12,587 bases of DNA from Verrucomicrobiota bacterium (lineage in GTDB: Bacteria > Verrucomicrobiota > Verrucomicrobiia > Limisphaerales > Palsa-1400): positions 1-12,587 of the forward strand of contig JBEKYR010000075.1 in NCBI GenBank assembly GCA_049510745.1, given 5' to 3'. The position numbers and the translations under genes were made by a program. The notes beneath the pieces are model-generated. The model was given only the letters and a program-made list of their open reading frames with translations, was not told where the DNA came from and ran no database searches. Shown in pieces: positions 5,349 to 12,587 of the stretch. How positions within the stretch are numbered: position 1 is the first letter of the stretch; every line of letters begins with the position of its first letter.

Positions 5349-6053
5349 TCAGCGCGTGTGTTTGGCGACGACGCGGTAGCGTGACCACGTCACGCTGCCC
5401 GGCAATTGTTTTCGCGACAGGAGGCGAAGAGTGGCAGCGGCTTTGGGCGGCGGGTCGCCGGGAATATCGAAAAAGCTCGAGATGCCAACGCCGCCGTCAG
5501 CGACCGGCACGGTGACGTGGCTGATTTCATCGACAAGCCCGGCGTGGAGCATGGCGCCGTTGAACTTTCCGCCGCCCTGGAGCATCAGCTTGCGCAGATG
5601 AAAATGGGTGCCGAGTTTGCGAAGGGCAACGTGCAAGTCAACTTCCTTCTTGCCGCAGAAGAGGTAGGAGACGCCGGCGGACTGGAGGTGCGCCAGATAA
5701 TCGTCGCCGACGCGCTCGGTGACAAGCAGGACAACATGATCACCGTCCACTTCATTCTCCTGGAAGCGCAGAACGCCTTTCGCATCCACACCGATGGCCA
5801 GTCGTTTGGCCTTTTTGTCGGCGATATGGTCACAACGAACGACCGGCTTCTTGGCGCGGGGCAGCTTCACGTTTCGGCCGGCAAATTCCTTCATCGTGGT
5901 CGTGCCCACGAGCCAGGCGCCGATGCCAAAGCTGGCCGCCGTGGTTTCGAAGAGCGTAGCGCTGTCTTTGCGGCCGGGAAGTTTGCCCCAGCGATCGCCC
6001 AGGATTTTGCCGTCGATGGTCGTACACATGTGGCAGATGACGTAAGGTCTCAT
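5349..6053 (-). CDS. RibD C-terminal domain / dihydrofolate reductase-family protein
   Basis: N-terminal RPYVICHMCTTIDGKI and C-terminal LMLQGGGKFNGAMLHAGLVDEISHVTVPVADGG are typical RibD_C motifs. Confidence 0.88.
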   Translation of the reverse strand: MRPYVICHMCTTIDGKILGDRWGKLPGRKDSATLFETTAASFGIGAWLVGTTTMKEFAGRNVKLPRAKKPVVRCDHIADKKAKRLAIGVDAKGVLRFQENEVDGDHVVLLVTERVGDDYLAHLQSAGVSYLFCGKKEVDLHVALRKLGTHFHLRKLMLQGGGKFNGAMLHAGLVDEISHVTVPVADGGVGISSFFDIPGDPPPKAAATLRLLSRKQLPGSVTWSRYRVVAKHTR

Positions 6054-6273
6054 GATTTTCTCCAGAGTTCGAATCCTTCAATGCCAACATGCGCCAAAAC
6101 TGTGCCGAAGGCCAGCCGGAAGCATACGCCAGAATGTGCGGACATTTCCCTTTCGTTCCTCTGGGCAGGACATTGAACGATGATCGGGAAACGTTTCGAT
6201 CCCGCCGTCGGCGAATCCTCAACAAAGAACAAACACCTCACCGCGGAAAGCGCGAGCCATGTGCAAACATTTT

Positions 6274-6858
6274 ATGAACGACATACTGAACAAGTCGATG
6301 GTGCTGGTGCTCAACCGCAACTGGCAGGCCGTCAACGTCCGCACGCCGCAAGAGGCCTTCTGCATGATGGCGACGAACGTGGCGACCGGCCTGGAAATCG
6401 AAGGCGAAAACCACATTCGTCCCGTCTCTTGGGACGAGTGGATCACGCTGCCCATTCGTCCGCAGGACAATGCGGTGCAGACCGTCCGTGGCCCGATCCG
6501 CGTGCCCACGGTGATCGTGGCTGTGAATTACGCCAAGGTGCCCAAGAAGCGCCCGAAGCTGTGCGCCCGCGCCATCCGAGAGCGCGACGGCAACCGCTGC
6601 CAATACACCGGCCGCGTGCTGCGCCCCGACGAAGGCAGCATGGATCACGTCCTGCCCCGCTCGCGCGGCGGCAAGAACGCCTGGGAGAACCTGGTTTGGG
6701 CCGGCAAGGACGTGAACGCCCGCAAAGGCAACCGCCTGCCGCACGAGGCCGGTCTTAAGCTGCTGTCGCTGCCGCGTGCGCCGAAGGAACTTCCGGCGAC
6801 TGCGGTCATTCGCAATGTTCACGGCGTTTATGAATGGAAACTGTTCCTAAACGAATAA
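6274..6858 (+). CDS. HNH endonuclease (McrA-like)
   Basis: VLVLNRNWQAVNV N-terminus and RDGNRCQYTG...SMDHVLPRSRGGKNAWENLVWAGKDVNARKGN. Start at ATG 6274 (alternative 6259). Confidence 0.9.
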   Translation: MNDILNKSMVLVLNRNWQAVNVRTPQEAFCMMATNVATGLEIEGENHIRPVSWDEWITLPIRPQDNAVQTVRGPIRVPTVIVAVNYAKVPKKRPKLCARAIRERDGNRCQYTGRVLRPDEGSMDHVLPRSRGGKNAWENLVWAGKDVNARKGNRLPHEAGLKLLSLPRAPKELPATAVIRNVHGVYEWKLFLNE

Positions 6859-6947
6859 ACAAGGGCGAGCGGGCCTTCAAGGCTCGCTCTTCCAAAAAAA
6901 GAGGATAAATTACAAGTTAACACGCTCGGTGAGCGAGACGCGCCGAT

Positions 6948-7919
6948 ATGGAAACATTGAATATTAATTCCCGCCACGGGTTGGCACGAGATCAACATGG
7001 CAAATGGTCGTTCAGCGAGGAATCCATGCCGTACCGTCCGCAGGAAGGCTTCCACAAAGTATTCAACAACAGCGTCGTCCAGTATCTAAATTGCTTTGAC
7101 AGTGCGTTTCGAGCTGCGAAGTCGGCGTGCGAATGCGAGTTCGTTTTCACATTGCTTGGCGTGAAGGGAATGATGGAGATGAGCTGGGATCCTTTCGAAA
7201 CGACGCGGCTCGCAATTCCTGCAATGGTCAAACTTCACGCAAAAATCGAAGACTTTGAGACACAACGACATCTTGGACTGTGGACTTACGGCCACATTAT
7301 TGAAGCATCGGAACCTTATGAACGCCTCGCAAATCTCATCGCGGTTTCTCAAGGGGAACGTTCCAAGATCTCCCGGTTTCCTCCGAGCAAAAATGGACGA
7401 CCGCAGAGCCCGGGCGAGAAGATTCGGAAGTTGGATCAAATGGCAAAAGCTGCGGGGCTTCCGAATGTCGTAGATCCATTAAAGGAGGTCTGGGATCGAG
7501 AGTTACGGAATTCCATTTTCCACGCAGACTATGGTCTGCACGGGGATTCTGTAGTGATCCCATCTGGTCCGCGAAAATACAGCCACGAACAAATTATGAC
7601 GATCATCAATCGCGCCCTAGCTTATCATCACGCTTTCACTAAGTTAATGGAAATCTACAGAGAGACATATGAACGGCCAATCACTGTCCCGGTTCACCCG
7701 CGTTTCAGCAACTCCCCCGGCGAAAGAGCCACAATTGTGGTTAGAGAAGGAGTTGGTGCAATTGGACTCAAACATTCATGGACCGAGGATGAGATTCGTC
7801 GTGGTCACGTTGCGTGGTTCTTTGGCATCGTGTTCTTGGAGGAAGGCAAACAGCTATCAACCAATCACTCAATCAATTTCTTCCATGCCGACGGAAAGGG
7901 TGAGCATGTTCCTATTTAA
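6948..7919 (+). CDS. Hypothetical protein with HEPN-like RxxxxH motif
   Basis: Long, lower-GC ORF. ELRNSIFHADY at about 7500-7532 follows a helical-looking region. The start may be later (ATG 7026). Confidence 0.7.
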   Translation: METLNINSRHGLARDQHGKWSFSEESMPYRPQEGFHKVFNNSVVQYLNCFDSAFRAAKSACECEFVFTLLGVKGMMEMSWDPFETTRLAIPAMVKLHAKIEDFETQRHLGLWTYGHIIEASEPYERLANLIAVSQGERSKISRFPPSKNGRPQSPGEKIRKLDQMAKAAGLPNVVDPLKEVWDRELRNSIFHADYGLHGDSVVIPSGPRKYSHEQIMTIINRALAYHHAFTKLMEIYRETYERPITVPVHPRFSNSPGERATIVVREGVGAIGLKHSWTEDEIRRGHVAWFFGIVFLEEGKQLSTNHSINFFHADGKGEHVPI

Positions 7920-7940
7920 GAAGACTCGATTCCTCCATTC

Positions 7941-8850
7941 ATGAACCCCAAAGATTTTCTGCGACTCGGCGTTCCTCTTGGCGCGGCCACTCGGCGGGCG
8001 ACGGATTTTGTCGCCAAGTTCATTTTCGGTGGGGGCGATAAGTCGCGGCTGCATGAGGAAGTAACGGCCATCATCGCCAATCCGTCGGCCTACGCGGGCG
8101 ACCGGCTGCGCGGCGAATTCGCGAAGGCATTGCTCAAGGGGCTGCTCCACCGCGCGTAGAGCCCGTGAAATACCAGCAGTGGGGTGACGGTCTTGAAAGA
8201 GACGCGGTGATGCAAATGGAGAAAACGTGTCTGTTGCCGGTTTCGGTGGCGGGCGCATTGATGCCCGATGCTCACGTTGGCTACGGCCTGCCGATTGGCG
8301 GCGCGCTGGCAACGGACAATGCCGTGATTCCTTACGCCGTCGGCGTGGACATCGCCTGCCGCATGAAAATGACGGTGTTGGATATTCCATTGCGCGACTT
8401 GGAGCAGAAGCAGGACCGGCTGACCCGCGCCATCGAGACGGAAACGCGCTTTGGCGTCGGCGCGACGTTCCGGGATCGCCGCGTCCACCAGGTGATGGAT
8501 GCCGATTGGGCGACCAGCCCGGTGACGAAACAGAACAAGGATCGCGCATGGTCGCAACTGGGCACCAGCGGGAGCGGAAATCATTTCGTCGAGTTTGGTT
8601 TGTTCACGTCGCACTCAAAAATCAACGATCTTGAGCCGGGAACCTATGTCGCGCTCCTGTCGCACAGCGGCAGTCGCGGCACGGGCGCGGCGGTTTGCGA
8701 TTACTACAGCAAGATCGCGTTCGCGCAATTTCCAGATTTGCCCAGCGAATTGAAACGTCTTGCATGGTTGTCGCTCGATTCACAGAAAGGGCAGGAATAC
8801 TGGAACGCGATGGAATTGATGGGGCGTTACGCCGCGGCCAATCACGAACG
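7941..8850 (+). pseudogene. rtcB: RtcB-family RNA ligase, frameshifted near 8138-8141 and C-terminally truncated
   Basis: Motifs MPDAHVGYGLPIGG, VGVDIACRM, QLGTSGSGNHF and HSGSRG. The ORF at 7941-8159 joins via ...ALLK/AAPPRVEPVKYQQWG. Homology ends after YAAANHE, where the frame runs into the antisense strand of the next gene. Confidence 0.88.
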
Positions 8851-8856
8851 GTTCGC

Positions 8857-10392
8857 TCAAGACGCCCTCTCATGGGACAAGGTGAACAACGCCGCGCACA
8901 GGACAAAGAAAAGAAAAATAACGGAATAGATTTGGAATGGAAAGTCGTAGCGGGCATAGAATAAGCAGCCTCCAAGGGCGGCCCAAAACAGCAGGGCCAG
9001 GGACGCTTTCGCGTGAATTCCGCGCGCGACAAACCAGTGGAAAAGGACGATACACAGGGCCAGAATGATCAGCGCGCTGCCCAGCCAGCCGAAGGTAATG
9101 AGAGTTTCCAACCAATCGTTGTGCAACTGCGCCGGCCAGTACTCTGCCGGGTCCGGCCGATAGAGTTGGAAAAGCGGTCCAAAGGTCCCCGGCCCGGTCC
9201 CGTAGAGGGCGCAATCGTCGGCCATCGGACGCGCCATGTCGTACATTTGATTGCGGCCCTCCAGCCCCGCTTCCAATTCGCGGCCCGCCAGGCGCGGCCC
9301 CAAACCCTCCCAGCCGACCAGCGCGCTGAATCCAAGAACCACCGCCAGGCCGGCTGCGATCGCGACCTTGGTTTTGACGTCTTCCTTGGGCTGGGCCGAC
9401 CAGAGAACGGCGGCGGCCAAAGCCAGGTTCACAACCGCCACGGCGGCGCCCATTCTGCTGGCTGAGATGATCGGGCAGGCCGCCATAATCATCGCGCACA
9501 CCAGCACCAAGTGGCGCGAACCTATGCCGAAAGCGTCACGGCGGCTGACCTTGCGGCGGGCGGAACGTTCCAATGTCCACCACAACCCCAGCGAGACAGG
9601 CCAGAGCAGGTTGAAATACTGGGCCGCATTGGAACGGTAGGCGTAGGGTCCGAACTGGGCAAGCGCCTCGGGGTTGTCATGCGTGGATTGGATAAATAGG
9701 AGCAGTGGCGTTCCATCGATTCGTTGAACAATGCCTTCAAGGCCGAGCAGCCCGCCGTTGATCGTCAGAACCCACAGCAGCCGCCTCAGGCGTTCGGGCA
9801 GCAGGCTTTCGCGCCGGCGATGCGGGTCGCCGAACTGGCCGCGTTCGGCGCGTTCTTCATCGGGCGTCTTGCCGAGCAACCAATCCCGCGCGGCCCAAAA
9901 CGACAGAGCGATCGCCAGGTAATTGCAGAAGGCTTGCCAACTGCTGGCGCTGTCGTAACTGTGCGGCAACCACGAAACGAAGGAATGGTACTCCAGACTT
10001 GCTACCGCGGGGTTGTAAATCGAGCGGCTGTTCAAGGCGCTGACAAAACAATAGCCGATGAGCAGCACGGTGAGCGCCGCCAGAACGCGGCTGAGAAAGT
10101 GCCCCGTTGTTGCCCTTTCGCGCTCGCCGGACCCGCCGGTTGGCTCCTCGTCGCGGTTCCGGTCCCAGCACGGATTGCGATAGCCGGTCAAAAACCGGAT
10201 GATCAATTTGACTCCGAGCAGCAGGCCCAGGAAATAACCAGCCCCGTTCATCGCCCATATCGACCACGGCTGGGTCGTTCCAAAGGCCCAGGGGCTGAAA
10301 AGAACCATCAAATAAAGAAGGCCCTCAGAGATGGCGTCGCACGCCCTGTATAGCCGAAGTGTTCTCAGTGAAAGACTCAGCGGCTTGAACAT
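8857..10392 (-). CDS. O-antigen ligase-family (Wzy_C/WaaL-like) membrane protein
   Basis: Multiple TM segments; FGPYAYRSNAAQY, SASRMG, GTGPGTF and HNDWLETLITFGWLG motifs. Confidence 0.88.
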   Translation of the reverse strand: MFKPLSLSLRTLRLYRACDAISEGLLYLMVLFSPWAFGTTQPWSIWAMNGAGYFLGLLLGVKLIIRFLTGYRNPCWDRNRDEEPTGGSGERERATTGHFLSRVLAALTVLLIGYCFVSALNSRSIYNPAVASLEYHSFVSWLPHSYDSASSWQAFCNYLAIALSFWAARDWLLGKTPDEERAERGQFGDPHRRRESLLPERLRRLLWVLTINGGLLGLEGIVQRIDGTPLLLFIQSTHDNPEALAQFGPYAYRSNAAQYFNLLWPVSLGLWWTLERSARRKVSRRDAFGIGSRHLVLVCAMIMAACPIISASRMGAAVAVVNLALAAAVLWSAQPKEDVKTKVAIAAGLAVVLGFSALVGWEGLGPRLAGRELEAGLEGRNQMYDMARPMADDCALYGTGPGTFGPLFQLYRPDPAEYWPAQLHNDWLETLITFGWLGSALIILALCIVLFHWFVARGIHAKASLALLFWAALGGCLFYARYDFPFQIYSVIFLFFVLCAALFTLSHERAS

Positions 10393-10618
10393 GGGGGGAC
10401 GCTATTTGGAATGGTTCCAGGGACCATAAATTTGCGGATGATTAAGCGATGGTCCGCGGCAATTGACAAGTCTCAACTAAAAACAAATAGGACCATCCAC
10501 TATCTCTTCGTCAGGGCGATGGTAAAATCGTCGGATTGCACTACACATATCCTTGTCATCTGCATGAGCTTAATCCACAGTGACTTACAGCGTTTTCGCC
10601 GGCTGTGAATCGAAATTA

Positions 10619-10752
10619 TGTCGGTTTCATTTACACTTTCCGGCTCACCTGATGTGATCGAGGCAAAGGAATCGATAGTTTTAACTCGTTGATACGCAAT
10701 GTGTAATATGCATAGATGGAACGTCAGAAAGTCTGCTGGCACAACCCTTGCT
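10619..10752 (+). promoter_or_regulatory. sigma54 (-24/-12) promoter with a candidate upstream activator site
   Basis: TGGCAC-AACCC-TTGCT at 10737-10752, and TGT-N11-ACA (TGTCGGTTTCATTTACA) at 10619-10635, upstream of the PEP-CTERM-like gene. Confidence 0.72.
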
Positions 10753-10820
10753 GACAATCACTATGAGATATGCCGTTTAAACAGCATTAGAGAGTGAAAA
10801 AAACCAACTTGACATCGAAC

Positions 10821-11546
10821 ATGAATAAATCAATCACAGTTTTTGCCGGGATGGCGGCGGTCGGAGCGCTCGTTGTTTTGGCCCAGAGTGCGCAGAGCCA
10901 AGTCCTCTACGATAACACCACAGGCAACACAGGTTACAATCTCAACTTTGCCGGGTCAGCGGGCAATGAGGTGGATCTCGCCGGCCCGTCCTCCGCCAAC
11001 TATCTGATCACCGGCTTCATCTTCCAGTACGACTTTGTTGGCACTGGCACTCCAACCGGCAGTGTGGATCTGAGCTTCTACAGAAACGACGGTTTTCCTC
11101 AATATCACGGCTATTACACCCCAGGCACGCTGCTGTATGATAGTGGGCCATTTTCGCTCACGAGTTTCACCTCGCCCGCGGGAGCGCAGCTCGTTTACGG
11201 TGTGCCAGACTTGGCCGGCGGAACCGGATCGGGAGTCGTTGCCGGCGGAGTCATTGTGCCAGATCAGTTTACCTGGGTTGTCACCTTCTCCGACTTGGGC
11301 GCAGGTGATAGTGCGGGCTTGGGTCTTTATAACCCGCCGACGGTCGGTGACAATTACGGCAATAATGCTTGGATGAATGATGGCAGCGGCTGGGTATTAG
11401 AAGCGACCATTCCTCCTTATCCTCCCGCTGAATTTGGCGCTAGAATCACCGGTTCACAGGTGCCGGATTCTTCCTGCTTGCCACTCTCCGTATTATCGGT
11501 GGCAATGGCTTTTGGCTGGATGAAGCGGTTCCAACGCCGCGGGTAA
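10821..11546 (+). CDS. Secreted PEP-CTERM/VPDSG-CTERM-like exosortase substrate
   Basis: Signal peptide (…LAQSAQSQ), Gly/Ser/Thr-rich body, C-terminal VPDSS followed by a hydrophobic helix and basic tail KRFQRR. Alternative start GTG 10794. Confidence 0.8.
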   Translation: MNKSITVFAGMAAVGALVVLAQSAQSQVLYDNTTGNTGYNLNFAGSAGNEVDLAGPSSANYLITGFIFQYDFVGTGTPTGSVDLSFYRNDGFPQYHGYYTPGTLLYDSGPFSLTSFTSPAGAQLVYGVPDLAGGTGSGVVAGGVIVPDQFTWVVTFSDLGAGDSAGLGLYNPPTVGDNYGNNAWMNDGSGWVLEATIPPYPPAEFGARITGSQVPDSSCLPLSVLSVAMAFGWMKRFQRRG

Positions 11547-11570
11547 TCCTCTCTCTATTTTCAATTCTCG

Positions 11571-11603
11571 AACAAGGCCCGGTTGTCCGGGCCTTGTTTT
11601 TTT
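11571..11603 (+). terminator. Rho-independent terminator
   Basis: AACAAGGCCCGG-TTGT-CCGGGCCTTGTT hairpin followed by a T run, just after the stop at 11546. Confidence 0.85.
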
Positions 11604-11761
11604 GACAACACCGTTCAGCAGGTCGATTAACTCGCTGCCGCCTGCTTCCGGCACCGCCATCGTGGTGCGAATCATCGCAGAGAATGCTGGCCGCAGGGCT
11701 TTCGGCGCGGCCGCAGGGGTTCAAAGCGCCAATACACCCGAACACTTGGCGCAAGTGCCTT

Positions 11762-12587
11762 TTAATGGAACAGAAGGCGGTAAAACGAGATCAATCCGCC
11801 GGGAACGACACTGATGCTCCAGTCGGCTCCATTGGTGGAGACCGCGTTAGTCGCGGCAGACCAGGCCACCGGTGGGGTCAAATTGGTGGCGTAGAGCAGG
11901 ACAAATCCCGCCGGATTGGTTGGCCATAAGGCCGTAATTGTCGGCACGCTGCTTGTTGTCACGATGCCTGTAAGGGGATTGGTGACCAGGATCGTTTGCG
12001 CGCCCGACTGGCTGATGCTGAACGAGGGAGGAGCAACCACGGTCGCATCGAGGCCAAATTCCCAAGTTGTGTTGGCGCTGTCCGTCGCGGTGGCGGAAAG
12101 ATACCTCCCCGGCCGAATCCCCAGAGGGAGAGTCAGGATAAAAGTGGCCTGGCCATTGGTGCCGGTTGTGATGTTGGTCGAACCGATGTATATCAAGCCC
12201 TCCCCATAGCCGGACGGGTTCGGCGCCACGTTCTCGTAGAACTGGATCAGGAATTGTCCATTGGCATAGGTGCTCATTGAGCCTTGAATGTCCGTGGTGA
12301 CACCGTCGCTGACCACCTCCGTCAAGGTAACCAAGTTGGAGATGGTCACCCCGGAGTTCCCGAGAACGATCCCCCAGCCTGCATTGGAAAAGATGCTGTT
12401 GCGGCTGACAAAGTTGCCCAGGCATCCGGCGCGTATCCGCACTCCGTCATACTGAGACGTTGTTGCATACGCGATGTGATTATCCGCGGCCGGAGTCGAT
12501 CCGCCCACCCAATTGTTGCCGGCCGTATTGAGAAAATCGATGTTGTGCCACTGATTGCCCAACGGGCTGGCGCCATCGGCCTTGGTT
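11762..12587 (-). CDS. C-terminal part of a large beta-helix-type surface protein (starts outside the window)
   Basis: The frame stays open to the window edge (TKADGASPLGN...). It contains N-x-I/V-GG beta-helix-like repeats, NSIFSN, GYGEG...YLSATATD, and a Verrucomicrobia-type end WPTN...ATNL...FYRL. Confidence 0.8.
   Translation of the reverse strand, partial: TKADGASPLGNQWHNIDFLNTAGNNWVGGSTPAADNHIAYATTSQYDGVRIRAGCLGNFVSRNSIFSNAGWGIVLGNSGVTISNLVTLTEVVSDGVTTDIQGSMSTYANGQFLIQFYENVAPNPSGYGEGLIYIGSTNITTGTNGQATFILTLPLGIRPGRYLSATATDSANTTWEFGLDATVVAPPSFSISQSGAQTILVTNPLTGIVTTSSVPTITALWPTNPAGFVLLYATNLTPPVAWSAATNAVSTNGADWSISVVPGGLISFYRLLFH

Noticed and set aside
6061..6086. GTTCGAATCC, a canonical T-loop motif, upstream of the RibD-family gene
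   Set aside because: The flanking bases do not form a T stem or acceptor stem, so there is no cloverleaf.
6861..6900. Hairpin after the HNH stop codon as a terminator
   Set aside because: It is followed by an A run rather than a T run on the coding strand, so its function is ambiguous.
6982..6998. TGGCACG as a possible sigma54 promoter for the hypothetical gene and rtcB
   Set aside because: The -12 TTGC element is missing.
8136..8141. Programmed frameshift in rtcB
   Set aside because: There is no X-XXY-YYZ slippery heptamer, and the gene is also truncated. Mutation or sequencing error is more parsimonious.

Overview
GC-rich bacterial DNA, probably Verrucomicrobiota, judging by a VPDS-type sorting signal, an ...FYRL C-terminal motif and an N-terminally extended RtcB. 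Bases 1-5281 are the distal part of a large, co-oriented, non-canonical tRNA gene array of about 16 genes or fragments. Every intact T-loop reads N-G-C instead of T-T-C, the Leu tRNAs have short variable arms, one gene is tRNA-Ile(UAU), and GTAG-type REP-like spacers separate the genes. The array is interrupted twice: by a hipBA-like toxin-antitoxin module, and by a 1.77 kb decayed RIT-like (tyrosine recombinase) element that splits tRNA-Thr(GGU) inside its anticodon loop. Downstream are a RibD-C/DHFR-family gene (minus strand), an HNH endonuclease, an uncharacterised protein with a HEPN-like RxxxxH motif, and a frameshifted, truncated rtcB. This layout suggests a decaying tRNA damage/repair island. 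The right end holds ordinary envelope genes: an O-antigen ligase-family protein, a sigma54-driven PEP-CTERM-like protein and the C-terminus of a large surface protein. All tRNA calls were folded by hand.
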